Below are positions 34,422 to 45,277 of a stretch of DNA of 47,454 nucleotides, piece by piece. Positions within the stretch are counted from its first letter, which is position 1, and the number at the start of each line of letters is the position of its first letter. The notes beneath the pieces were generated by a model, which saw only the letters and a program-made list of their open reading frames with translations, had not been told where the DNA came from and did not search any database. Origin of the DNA: a virus (taxonomy: Duplodnaviria > Heunggongvirae > Uroviricota > Caudoviricetes). The position numbers and the translations under genes are program-made. The DNA lies in IMG/VR virus record IMGVR_UViG_3300033121_000823, positions 83,348 through 130,801 of that record. One strand, written 5' to 3'.

Positions 34422-37400
34422 ATGGCTAATGGTTTTAAACTAACTGCCGAATTACTACTACAGGCACCAACAAAAGCAAACGTATCTGCCGTAACGTCAG
34501 AATTGCGTGCAATGCTTAAGGATGTTGACGTAAATGTAAATGCTAAAGTTGGTTCAACCTATACTAAACAAGTTAAGGCCGCAAATACCGCGACATCAGA
34601 ACTAACTGATGTGATTGAGTATGCCGATACAACAATGTATAAATTCGGCCATCAAGTTGGTTTAGCTGCTAAGCGTTTCGCAGCCTTCACAGTTTCAACT
34701 GTTGGTCTTATTGAGCTAATGCGTGCATTTGGAACTGGTATAAAAGATGCCGTCGCCTTCCAGCACGAAATGGTTAAGATTGCCCAGGTTAGTGGAAAAG
34801 TTACTTCCGGCGTAAAAGAACTTGCTGCCGAAGTTACAAGACTAAGTATTAATCTTGGTACTCAATCAAATAAACTTTTGGAAGCATCCCAAATCCTAGT
34901 ACAAGCCGGTTTGTCAGTTGATGATACTAAGACAAGTCTTGAAGCGCTAGCAAAGACATCTATCTCGCCAACCTTCGACGACATCATTGATACGACTGAA
35001 GGTGCTATTGCTATTTTCAGTCAGTTTAAAATTCAGGCTGAAGATTTAGAATCTACTTTGTCCTCAGTTAATGCGGTTGCCGGTAAATTCGCCGTAGAAT
35101 CTTCTGACATTATTACAACAGTTAGACGTACTGGTGGTGCCTTCAAAGCTGCCGGTGGCGACCTAAATGAATTAATTGCTCTATTCACTTCTGTACGTGC
35201 GACAACTCGTGAAAGCGCTGAAAGTATTGCTACTGGTTTCCGTACTATTTTCACGCGTCTACAAAGAAGTAGAACAATCGAATTCTTGGATAATCTTGGT
35301 ATTAAGTTAAGAGATACTAATAATCAATTCATTGGACCATATAAGGCAATTGAGGAACTATCTAGAGCCTTGAACGGTATTAAGGGAACTGACCCACGCT
35401 TTAGTCAAATCATCGAAGAATTAGGTGGTTTCCGTCAAATCTCAAAAGTTATTCCGCTTATTACAGAATTTAGTGAGGCTCAAAAAGCCTTAACGGTTGC
35501 CCAATTAGGTTCTAAGTCGTTAGCAATCGACGCTGCAAAAGCTCAAGAATCATTAGGAATTCAATTTACGAAAGTTGGTGAACGCTTTGATGCCTTAATT
35601 CGTAAGTTTGCCGACACTAATACATTTAAGTCGCTAGTAAAGGTTGGCCTATCACTAGCTAATGCTTTTATTGATGTGGCGGAATCATTAGAAACTGTAC
35701 TTCCATTACTAGTTACATTCGGCGCAGTAAAACTTAGCACACTATCTAAATTCTATGTTCCTGGTATAGGTAGTGGTCTAAAGGGAGAATCAGCTACTCC
35801 AGCAAGAGTTCGTCGATTAAATAGTGGCGGCCGCGTATTTGATGGTGGAATAAGAATTCCATCTTTGGAAAAGGGAACTGATAAAATCCCAGCAATGCTA
35901 TCTAAGGACGAGTTCGTAATTAAATCATCATCGGCAAAGAAAATAGGCTATTCAAACTTAGAACGGCTAAATAAGTTTGGTTATTTTTCTAAGGGTGGCA
36001 GCCCATCTTATATTCCATCTTCCGGCGAAGACGTTATGAATACTGTCTATAAGTCTGTAGATATTATTGTTAAGCAAATTGCCGAAAAGATTGGTCTTGC
36101 CATTAATCCAGATGACATCAAAAGTATGATTCAAAGAGCGTCTGGAAGTAGTTTTAGAAATGATGCTGGTAAGCCTTTAATGTCTGCCGGTGCTGCTGGT
36201 CAGCATGAAACTTTAGACGGTTCTGCTATTCTTCTAAAAGATACAATTAATGTATTCGCTGATAATATAGCAGAATTAGGGCTATCTACAAAGAAAATAA
36301 GAGAATTTTTGGCTCACGAAATTGGCCATATTATTGATTATAATTCTCCAGGTGAACGGTCAAGTAATGTTTTAGATTTATCTCCCGTAAAGAGTGGTTT
36401 TTCTGAGAACATTTCTACTATCAAGTACAATAATGCTACGCAAGAACAGATAGCTAAACATAATGAATATATGCTTAGAAATAGTGAAGTTTTTGCTGAC
36501 TTATTTGCAACGCTTGTAAGCGATATTGATTCACAAAGTCCAAAAAGACTCCAAAAGATGAAAGAGACTGTTGTAGATAAGGGCTTTCCATCTGGTTTTG
36601 ATAGCACTATAAGAGAAATTGTTTCTTCTAGATTTAATGCTGGAAGGATGCAAGAATTTGCACTTGGTGAGCCAGAACCAAATGGATTTAGTGGCTACGA
36701 GAGAAAATATAATTATAGACCGGACCTTCCTCCACTCAATGAGGATGTTCTATCTATAGAAAGAGGAGGAGCAAATCCCGATAAGGATAAGGCTTATCAA
36801 AGAAGAATAAAAGATTTGGAAAAGCGTCGTGAACAAAAAATTAGAGATAGACGTCAAATGTTCTTGGATAGACAAAAGGAAATGTCTGGAAAGTACAATG
36901 ATGATACTATTCCATATATGGAAGTTGATATGGGTAGCATCCTTCAACTTGGTAAGCAACACGCTCTATCACTTGGCCGTCCTACGGCGGAATTCTTTGA
37001 AAATGTAAATGATAGGGCTACTGGATATGCTGGAAGAAAGGTATATCGTAATTTTTCTACACCATTTGGAAAGTTTAATCGTCGATTAGGGCAGAACGAT
37101 AATGGAACATATGATGCAAATGTTAAGACGCAAAGTGAAATTACTGCCGAACAGCTAGAAAACGAAAAGAAAGCTAAGAAAACTTTAAGAATACGTTCTT
37201 TAAAGGATGGTGCTCTCGTATCTGGACCAGAAGTAGAAGAATGGCAACGTAAAAACGCGGAACGCGCTAATAGAAGACAAAAACTTCCTGACGTAGAAAA
37301 TACGTATGAACTAGCAGATAAAATAAATGATTTGACTGGTCAGAAAGAACCAGACTGGATTACAGAACTATATAGACAAAAGGAACAAAAGGCCAAAGAA

Positions 37401-40400
37401 TTATTCCTACTGCTAGAACGTACTGATACTACTCCACGTTTTGATACTACGGGGTATGGCGGTTTTGGTAGGGGTGGACGTGGTATACTTCCACCATTAC
37501 CAGTAGGATTTGACCAGCCACCACCTAATGAGCCAAATAGAAAATATAAGGAGGCCCGCTACTACAAAATTAATGAGAAGTCAGAGGAAACCCCTGAAAA
37601 AATGGGCCGCCTGGGAAAATTCTTCAATAAAGTATCTAGCCGCACAATTGAAGGCGACCGTCAAGATATAGCTAATAAGGTTCTATTGGGCATCGGTCTA
37701 GCTAACTTCGTATCAAACTTAACAGAGTTAGATGATTCATTGAAGCAGGTAGTTCAGACGTTCACAAAGCTTGGCACTACTTTTTTCACTATTAATAGTT
37801 TAAGCAGTGAATTTAACTCTCTATTATTCCACGAAGGAAAGATGAGACGTGCAAATAGACTCGACGTTAGAAATAGTACTGTAGTTGACAGAAATGATAA
37901 AAAGATTAGTAAAATAGAAGAAAATCTAAGTTATAATAAGGGGTCAGTAGTTGGATATGGAATTCTAGAACAAGAATTACTGAGAAGAGACAGAGAAAAA
38001 TCTAGAAAGGCTTTTACTGAACCAGAAATAGTAAAAGAAGATGTTAGACAGTCGTTAAATGAAAGAATAGAAAATGAAAAAATAATACGTTCAAAATTAG
38101 ATAAGACAAAAGATAAAAAAGCTTTTTCGCAAAGTGAAAATAGACAATTTCAGTTAGAAACTGTATTATCACAATTAGATGATTTTGATAAATTAGATAA
38201 AGCTATAAATACGTCAAAGCAAAATATTAAATTTTTAGAAGCGGCTAGAACACAGTCTTTAGTAGTTAATGATGTAGAATCAGCTAATAAATACGCAGTT
38301 AATATACAAGATGAATATAAAGTCCTTCAACAGTATGAGAATGAAAAGAAAAAACAATATGAAAATACAGCTAAGACAAGAGCAGAATTATCTAAGCTTC
38401 AAGACAAGTTAGAAGCTCACTTAAGTGCTCGTCAAGAATTACGAGCAAAAAGAGAAAGAGCGGTAGCTACAGCACGTTCACAAATAAAGGCTGCTCAACT
38501 TGCCGAAAGATTCTCACCAGTAGTTTCACTAGCGTCAACTTTAGGAATTGCTGGCGGCGATATTGTGTCTGAATATGCTAAAAAAGATATTAAGAATAGA
38601 AGCAGTTTGTATCTTGGTGCTCAAACTGCGCAAGGTGCGGCATTTGGTGGCCAGTTAGGTTTTGAGGCTGGTAAAATTGGTGGAGCTACAGGTCAAATAG
38701 CCGGTGTTGTTATTGGAACTGTTGGTGGAGCACTATATAGTTTTCTAAAAGCTACAGAAGAAGTCTCAAATCAACTTAAAAAGATATCCTTTGATAAGGA
38801 ATTCAAAGCTGTTAGCAAGAGTTTTGAGGGTATAGCTAGCGGTGCTGATAATTTATCAGCAAACATAGGAACATCTTTAATATCTTTCAATAAATCATTT
38901 GATACATATTTGAAGACAACTGGAGATATACGTCAAAATCTTAAGGGTGATTTAACTCAATTAAGCGTTCCATTAGATACAATAATTAAGAAGGCTATAG
39001 CTCAGTCGAAAGGTGACACATCAGCATTCAACGCTTTGATTGACCAGACAACTATAAAGAATTTTGCTGGTATTACTGACCAAAATGTATCAGACGTTAA
39101 TAGGTCAATATATGAACAGTTGACTAAGGCTGCTGAAGATGCTAAAAAAGTAATAGTAAATGCTGACGCTCAGAGCGTCGTAAACGCTTATCAGGCAAGC
39201 TTAGATAATTTGAATAATACATTCAATGAATATATTGAAAGTGTAAACAGTGCATCTAATTCATTAAGCATACTTACTGATGGAACTGTTAGTTTCGCCG
39301 AAGTGTCTGACGACGTATCAAAGATGTCGCCACAGCGTTTTTCTCAAATGGTTGCTAGCGCGAGTAGAACTGCACAATTCTCTGGACAATTTGGTCAAAA
39401 GATTGTAGACCGTTCACAACAAGCATACGAGGCTTCTAGAGTTATTCCGTATGTACTTCGTGAGGCTCTTACTTCTGGTGGATTAGCTGGCAATGGTTTA
39501 GACTATTCTATAGTTGAATATTTTAAAGGTAAGAAGAATGCTGACAATACTCCTAAATATGATGACCAAATAATAGCAATTATTCAATCGTCAGTATCAA
39601 AGACATTGGGTGCTGAATTAAAGCCAGAAAATTTAGCTAAAAAACTTATTGAAGATTTTGATGGAACTGTTAAAGAGTTTAGAGAAGCTCTTGAGAGTGC
39701 TAGTAAAGGTCTAACAATATTCAGTAAATTTAATGTAGAAAATTTAAAACAGATTCAAGAATTCTATCAAAAGAAAAAGGAGATAGATGAAAGAATACTA
39801 GAATTATCGTTAAAAGAAATTGACATAAGAGAATCTATACAAGACCAAATAGCTGAGGTTACTGGTAATAGTCGTGGTCGTGTCTCCGACACGTTTAATA
39901 GAGAAAGAGCAAGGGAGATGCTTGGGGCTTTCGGCAACCTAGAAGGTAATGTCGATGCTATTGCCGCGCAATTAGCCGCCTCTCAACAATTTATTGAACA
40001 AAATGAAAAGAGTGTAGCTAGCGGAGCTGCTTCAAGCGACCTTGCAGACCGATTTAACAGGGAAATTGATAAAAGAGATGCCTTTATTAAGGTGCTAGAT
40101 TTCTACACGGACGTTACTAAGACTGCCGCTGAAGCGCAAGAAAAGTTTTCGGCAAAATTAAATTCATTGAAGATTCGTCAATCAATTTTAGATACGAGGG
40201 TATTTGGCACAAGAGAACAAAAGAGAAACCAAGAAAGAGTTTTAGAGAATGTAAGAAGTTTTGCAATGACTGCTAATCCAGACTCCGTCGATGAGTCTGT
40301 AAAGCAGGAAGTATTCGACCTATTGAAGAGTATTGGAAATGCAAGTATCCCCGAATTAACTGGTAATAGAACGGCCAAGGAATTATTGGATACGGCACGC

Positions 40401-42395
40401 TATAACGATTCCTATACGATGGCTAGGTCATACGGGGCTGATGACGCTACGGCTAGAACTTATGCTGATTCCCAAGTAAATATGGCTAATCAGCCAGACG
40501 TTCAACAAGCTATTATTGAGTTAGCAAACGCGCAAAGCACATCTTTGAATGCGATTAATACATTAGATACGCACTACAATGGTATAAGAGATACAATTTT
40601 AGATAAGTTGAATGATATTCTAACTAACTTTACTACTAATCTAAGTGCTATTTTAGCTAGAGAAGAAGTTCGTGGTTTACAGCAACAACAACAAGACACC
40701 TTAGCAAAGTTAACTGGATATTCGCAAAAGAATGCTACATTGAGAAATGCTGTATCATTTTTAGGTTCTAATTCAAATAATCCAAACTTAGTTAATGAGG
40801 AAAGTTTGACTAAATTAGTAGCAAGTACTTCTCAATTAAGAAAAGACTTTGAAACATTAAAAACACTGGGTAATATACCTCTTGGTAGAGATGCTGAAAC
40901 TTTCAAAATATTGACAGGTTCCGTAGAGCAATTCTACAACCAGAGACGTCAAATGGGTATTGCTGGCGGTGGAACTGGAAATGAAAGCCCAAGATTATCT
41001 ATTAAAGAATTTGATTCTGTTTTAGAAACACTTAGAACAACATTAGCTTCTAAATATGATGCTAATTTTGCTCAAGATATTGTAACTCAGATGAGACAAA
41101 ATGAATCATTAGCACCAGTTAATAGTTTTGTAAAAGCTGAATCAATATCATCAGTTTTCGAGGAAGCATTTAATAAAGTTAGAGTTGGTAAGATAGCAGA
41201 ACTTGGGGAGGCTCAAAAAAGAACAAATGAAATATCTTCACTACTAGGTGTATCTTCATCTACTTTATACCAATATTTAAGTAGTGGTATATCAAAGGAG
41301 ATGACACTTGCTTTTGAAGGTACTAAAGTTTCATTTAATGCCATGAATGATGAAATTGTCAAGCTTAATGACAGTTTACGAACTATAAATGCTACATTAA
41401 ATGCTATTCCTCCGCAGTCAGTTCCAAGACCTCCAATTAGACGTCAAGCTGGTGGAGAAGTTCCTGGCATTGGAAGTGGGGATACAATTCCATCATTGCT
41501 TGAACCCGGTGAATTCGTACTTAATAGAAACGCCGTTAGAGCAGTTGGGGTCGGAAGACTTACTAGTTTGAATAATGGAATTTCTAGATTTCAAACTGGT
41601 GGGTTAGTAGGAAGAAAGATAAATACGATTGAAGATGCGTCCGCATATGCTAGAGATTATGCCAGAGAAACCTTAGGTATTAAAGATGGTAATTTTAGTG
41701 CATTAAGAGGAATGTTTACTTTTGCCTATATGAAGCCAGAAGACGCTATTGCTGCTAGAGAAAAAATTGGATATATTCCTCAGGCATTTTTTAGAAGAGG
41801 TGAAAAGAAAATATATATCCAGAAAGATAAAAATATTGATGCTTCAATAATGAATCATGAAATTGCCCATGCTATTGACGCAAGATTTGGTAACGATTCA
41901 ACTGTAGCTAGCGAACTTCAAGGGTCAAGAATACAGCAATTCATGAATAATAGCGGATATTCTGATATATATAATAGGATGTTAGATACTCAGGAAATGG
42001 AATATCGTAATACTGGTAGCATGAATCCTAGTGATATAGATAAGTGGAAAAAGGCCAGAAGTAGACCTGCTGAAGCCTTTGCTACATTTATGCAACAAGA
42101 TACTGAAGCTAGAAAAAGATTAATTGGTGAACTATTTCCTGCTGAAGCTACATCAAATTTTAATGCATCAGTTACAAAATTCAGTTCATCGGCCGCTTCA
42201 CTAGCAACCGCCCTAAATAGTTTCCCGCGCGAATTAACGCTAACAGCGAATCATAGAGTAGAAATTGTAATAACTGGCGCTCAAGCCTTGCAAAATATGC
42301 TTCCGGCCGTTACAGAATTAATAGTAGCAAAGGGTAAGGAACAAATCAACAATATGTTGAAGACTAAATTTCCAACAGTAGGATTGATGCCATAA
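34422..42395 (+). CDS. Tape measure protein (TP901-type core) with two zincin-like domains
   Basis: N-terminal AQVSG...L..EV..LS...AS..L.QAG...ALAK...A..FAV.S.D...L.A core; HEIGH (res 632) and HEIAH (res 2479) each with downstream E-x-F-A. Confidence 0.88.
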   Translation: MANGFKLTAELLLQAPTKANVSAVTSELRAMLKDVDVNVNAKVGSTYTKQVKAANTATSELTDVIEYADTTMYKFGHQVGLAAKRFAAFTVSTVGLIELMRAFGTGIKDAVAFQHEMVKIAQVSGKVTSGVKELAAEVTRLSINLGTQSNKLLEASQILVQAGLSVDDTKTSLEALAKTSISPTFDDIIDTTEGAIAIFSQFKIQAEDLESTLSSVNAVAGKFAVESSDIITTVRRTGGAFKAAGGDLNELIALFTSVRATTRESAESIATGFRTIFTRLQRSRTIEFLDNLGIKLRDTNNQFIGPYKAIEELSRALNGIKGTDPRFSQIIEELGGFRQISKVIPLITEFSEAQKALTVAQLGSKSLAIDAAKAQESLGIQFTKVGERFDALIRKFADTNTFKSLVKVGLSLANAFIDVAESLETVLPLLVTFGAVKLSTLSKFYVPGIGSGLKGESATPARVRRLNSGGRVFDGGIRIPSLEKGTDKIPAMLSKDEFVIKSSSAKKIGYSNLERLNKFGYFSKGGSPSYIPSSGEDVMNTVYKSVDIIVKQIAEKIGLAINPDDIKSMIQRASGSSFRNDAGKPLMSAGAAGQHETLDGSAILLKDTINVFADNIAELGLSTKKIREFLAHEIGHIIDYNSPGERSSNVLDLSPVKSGFSENISTIKYNNATQEQIAKHNEYMLRNSEVFADLFATLVSDIDSQSPKRLQKMKETVVDKGFPSGFDSTIREIVSSRFNAGRMQEFALGEPEPNGFSGYERKYNYRPDLPPLNEDVLSIERGGANPDKDKAYQRRIKDLEKRREQKIRDRRQMFLDRQKEMSGKYNDDTIPYMEVDMGSILQLGKQHALSLGRPTAEFFENVNDRATGYAGRKVYRNFSTPFGKFNRRLGQNDNGTYDANVKTQSEITAEQLENEKKAKKTLRIRSLKDGALVSGPEVEEWQRKNAERANRRQKLPDVENTYELADKINDLTGQKEPDWITELYRQKEQKAKELFLLLERTDTTPRFDTTGYGGFGRGGRGILPPLPVGFDQPPPNEPNRKYKEARYYKINEKSEETPEKMGRLGKFFNKVSSRTIEGDRQDIANKVLLGIGLANFVSNLTELDDSLKQVVQTFTKLGTTFFTINSLSSEFNSLLFHEGKMRRANRLDVRNSTVVDRNDKKISKIEENLSYNKGSVVGYGILEQELLRRDREKSRKAFTEPEIVKEDVRQSLNERIENEKIIRSKLDKTKDKKAFSQSENRQFQLETVLSQLDDFDKLDKAINTSKQNIKFLEAARTQSLVVNDVESANKYAVNIQDEYKVLQQYENEKKKQYENTAKTRAELSKLQDKLEAHLSARQELRAKRERAVATARSQIKAAQLAERFSPVVSLASTLGIAGGDIVSEYAKKDIKNRSSLYLGAQTAQGAAFGGQLGFEAGKIGGATGQIAGVVIGTVGGALYSFLKATEEVSNQLKKISFDKEFKAVSKSFEGIASGADNLSANIGTSLISFNKSFDTYLKTTGDIRQNLKGDLTQLSVPLDTIIKKAIAQSKGDTSAFNALIDQTTIKNFAGITDQNVSDVNRSIYEQLTKAAEDAKKVIVNADAQSVVNAYQASLDNLNNTFNEYIESVNSASNSLSILTDGTVSFAEVSDDVSKMSPQRFSQMVASASRTAQFSGQFGQKIVDRSQQAYEASRVIPYVLREALTSGGLAGNGLDYSIVEYFKGKKNADNTPKYDDQIIAIIQSSVSKTLGAELKPENLAKKLIEDFDGTVKEFREALESASKGLTIFSKFNVENLKQIQEFYQKKKEIDERILELSLKEIDIRESIQDQIAEVTGNSRGRVSDTFNRERAREMLGAFGNLEGNVDAIAAQLAASQQFIEQNEKSVASGAASSDLADRFNREIDKRDAFIKVLDFYTDVTKTAAEAQEKFSAKLNSLKIRQSILDTRVFGTREQKRNQERVLENVRSFAMTANPDSVDESVKQEVFDLLKSIGNASIPELTGNRTAKELLDTARYNDSYTMARSYGADDATARTYADSQVNMANQPDVQQAIIELANAQSTSLNAINTLDTHYNGIRDTILDKLNDILTNFTTNLSAILAREEVRGLQQQQQDTLAKLTGYSQKNATLRNAVSFLGSNSNNPNLVNEESLTKLVASTSQLRKDFETLKTLGNIPLGRDAETFKILTGSVEQFYNQRRQMGIAGGGTGNESPRLSIKEFDSVLETLRTTLASKYDANFAQDIVTQMRQNESLAPVNSFVKAESISSVFEEAFNKVRVGKIAELGEAQKRTNEISSLLGVSSSTLYQYLSSGISKEMTLAFEGTKVSFNAMNDEIVKLNDSLRTINATLNAIPPQSVPRPPIRRQAGGEVPGIGSGDTIPSLLEPGEFVLNRNAVRAVGVGRLTSLNNGISRFQTGGLVGRKINTIEDASAYARDYARETLGIKDGNFSALRGMFTFAYMKPEDAIAAREKIGYIPQAFFRRGEKKIYIQKDKNIDASIMNHEIAHAIDARFGNDSTVASELQGSRIQQFMNNSGYSDIYNRMLDTQEMEYRNTGSMNPSDIDKWKKARSRPAEAFATFMQQDTEARKRLIGELFPAEATSNFNASVTKFSSSAASLATALNSFPRELTLTANHRVEIVITGAQALQNMLPAVTELIVAKGKEQINNMLKTKFPTVGLMP

Positions 42396-45274
42396 TGGGA
42401 ATAATCACAATAAAACCTAATAAGATTAGCGGCTTTCAAAACTGGTATACCAGCTCAGGTACGCCAGTTGGAAGCGGCTCCGTAGATTTTATAAATGAAG
42501 GAGCTTCCCACCCAACGGTTGATAATACTTATATATCCAATTCTGGAAATGACTATATCTACTTACATTTTAAGGGCGATGATGTCTCACCATATTCGAA
42601 TATAAACAGTGCCATTCTAAGAACACGTATGTGCGGCGACAGCCTGTATAATGGAGGCGCGTATCTATATAATTCATTTACTAATACTTATAGTCATGAA
42701 ACAGTTAAATATTTATTAAATGAACAAAATCAAGATAGCTTATATGGAAATCCATATACAAAACTAAGTACATACCAAACATTTGATAATAATACTACTG
42801 AGGTAGACTTGGCGAGTAGTGGTTCGTATGGACTTTTACTTATATTTTCAACGATAGATTTTACATTAAATGTAGCGGAAACAGCAAAGTATAACTATCT
42901 CGCCGGAACAGTCTTTAAAGACTGCATAGTAAAAGTTGGCTCACTATCTGGCCTTTGTATAAGTTCGGCCGAAATACTTCTTGACTGTGATGAGGGAAAT
43001 GGCTTCGCAATGAATGTTGTTGGTGGAGATGGGGTAATAAGGAAAGAAGATATGCGAGGCGTGCATCTATCGAATATGCGATACTTTGGCAACGAATCGC
43101 CGCACCCTACTGGTTTCTTTTCCTATTACACCTTTTTTGAAGGTAGTGGAAATAGTCGGAGTAAGTTTGGTTTCTTAACTTCTAAGGAAATGCAAACAAG
43201 CTACACTACGCGTAGCGTTGATAGAGAGCAGTATAATTTCTATACTAATCCAATACCGATGACAAGCGGGCATCCATCCAACTATGTTAATGGAATTTGT
43301 ATGGAAGGTAGTGGTAGTAATCCAGGATGCTTTTATTTGGAAGCTAACAATTCTACTATTCTTTCAAATGCTTGGACATATTACTTAGCATTTTTTCCAA
43401 AAGATACAAATGATATTAATGATGAATTCCGTCCATTATTAAGATACGGTGGTGATGCTACTGGAGGATATCCAGACGAGAGCTTTTGTTTTTATATAGA
43501 GCCGAATGATGGTGGACATGCACTTCCATATGATTATTTGTCAATAACCTATAAAACTACTGGTGGAACTGTAAAAGTAAAGAATCTATATTCGTCAAAC
43601 TTCAAACCGTTTCATAATGCTTCCGAACCAATTAGAACTATTATAACTTATAGTGGAGAAAGTTTTGCTTCATATAATAATCCAAGTGGAACTATTAATT
43701 TTTATGTTGAAGATAATAGTGTAGTAGATGAACATAAGAAAGCTTATTTCAGATATATGGGGTCTGTATCCGACGAGTTCTATAATGAAGATAGATTATA
43801 TGATAGTGGTGGAACTGTAAGTATTGGTGGAACCCCACAATTTAATGGAGGGCTTTATTCACTAGAGGACAATAATGGCAAAACTATTTTTACAGAAGTC
43901 GGCCACAACTTTTTATACTACAGTGGAATTAAGACAGTTGACTCGGTTCAATACTTAGATAGTCCAAGCTTTGAAAAGTTAGTTACCTCTAGAAAAAATG
44001 CACAAGATTATATAAGTGAAAGTGGCGATGGAAAGTACGTATCTTTTGATTTTCAGCCAATGTGGACAAGTGGAAATCCAGCAAATAATAATAGAGTTGA
44101 ATTTATCCATATTAATATTGGGTCTGGTAATCCATCCTCATATGAAATGATAAATAGCCGCTTAGCACATGATGGATACATAACTATAAATCCAAGTTCA
44201 ACATATGTGGAATATATGTATGATGTTCATACAAATCATCCATCTGGAGTCGATTTAATATTCAATGTGAATAATAATAGTCAGCATGGAAATAATGGAT
44301 GTTTTTCATTTGAAACAAATAATCCTAGCGGAACTTATAGTGGCCGCCTGTATAATCCTAAGATTTATGGCGGCGATGCTCCTCAGCTTTACGGCGATGA
44401 CGAAAATATATTCTTCGACATAATTATGCATACGCATCCAGGAAACTACACAACTCGCGTTGATTTACATTATGCGCGACTATATATTGACAATATTACG
44501 GTAGCAACTACAGGAACAAACAGTATTCCTCTGTATACTACTAGTAGCGAAACCGAACTAACTAATAGTTTGGAACTTTATTTGGAAGGATACTCATCGA
44601 CAAATAATGATATTGACCTATTCTTGAATGGTCATATATCAACTAATGAATCAACATACCTGTATATTAAGAGTGGAATAAGTGTTAGTGGCCAAATAAC
44701 AATGTATACAGATGGTATTGGCGTAGAAAATACAACTATTCCAATGTATGTGGCTGGACCGACCGTAAGAAGTTCTAGCGGAAACATTCCATTATACTTA
44801 CTTGGAACGGCGAATAGCGGAGAAAGTGCTAGACTTTCCATGTATATGGAGGCCGAAGACCTATATAGTGACCGCGTCCTTCCACTAGTTATTACTGGGT
44901 CGCCCATTACACATTCTTCTTCTATTAACTTGTTTATAAGACATGATAATGAATGGAGTGGAGATAACTTCGACCTATACTTAAAGGGGCCAGGAGGCGC
45001 TACCAGCGGAGTTCCATTCCATATAACTGGATTGGGTACAACAAGCGGCTCAATACCACTAAATACAGAATTCCCACTATTTATTGCTCGTGGTAGTGAA
45101 GATAGCACAGACGAAAGACTACGCCTATTTATTGGCGGGCCAGAAGGAGTAGTAAATAGTACAAGTATGTATATTGCCGGTGCATATATACACAGTTCTT
45201 CAATTCCAATGTCAATCGAAGGGTCGCCAATAGATATTACAGCTTCAATCAAAAATTATATACACGGATTTTAA
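42395..45274 (+). CDS. Tail fibre/spike-like protein with C-terminal (P/x)LYI.G repeats
   Basis: After tape measure; aromatic/Gly/Asn-rich beta domains; repeats from about 44520. Confidence 0.65.
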   Translation: MGIITIKPNKISGFQNWYTSSGTPVGSGSVDFINEGASHPTVDNTYISNSGNDYIYLHFKGDDVSPYSNINSAILRTRMCGDSLYNGGAYLYNSFTNTYSHETVKYLLNEQNQDSLYGNPYTKLSTYQTFDNNTTEVDLASSGSYGLLLIFSTIDFTLNVAETAKYNYLAGTVFKDCIVKVGSLSGLCISSAEILLDCDEGNGFAMNVVGGDGVIRKEDMRGVHLSNMRYFGNESPHPTGFFSYYTFFEGSGNSRSKFGFLTSKEMQTSYTTRSVDREQYNFYTNPIPMTSGHPSNYVNGICMEGSGSNPGCFYLEANNSTILSNAWTYYLAFFPKDTNDINDEFRPLLRYGGDATGGYPDESFCFYIEPNDGGHALPYDYLSITYKTTGGTVKVKNLYSSNFKPFHNASEPIRTIITYSGESFASYNNPSGTINFYVEDNSVVDEHKKAYFRYMGSVSDEFYNEDRLYDSGGTVSIGGTPQFNGGLYSLEDNNGKTIFTEVGHNFLYYSGIKTVDSVQYLDSPSFEKLVTSRKNAQDYISESGDGKYVSFDFQPMWTSGNPANNNRVEFIHINIGSGNPSSYEMINSRLAHDGYITINPSSTYVEYMYDVHTNHPSGVDLIFNVNNNSQHGNNGCFSFETNNPSGTYSGRLYNPKIYGGDAPQLYGDDENIFFDIIMHTHPGNYTTRVDLHYARLYIDNITVATTGTNSIPLYTTSSETELTNSLELYLEGYSSTNNDIDLFLNGHISTNESTYLYIKSGISVSGQITMYTDGIGVENTTIPMYVAGPTVRSSSGNIPLYLLGTANSGESARLSMYMEAEDLYSDRVLPLVITGSPITHSSSINLFIRHDNEWSGDNFDLYLKGPGGATSGVPFHITGLGTTSGSIPLNTEFPLFIARGSEDSTDERLRLFIGGPEGVVNSTSMYIAGAYIHSSSIPMSIEGSPIDITASIKNYIHGF

Positions 45275-45277
45275 AAA

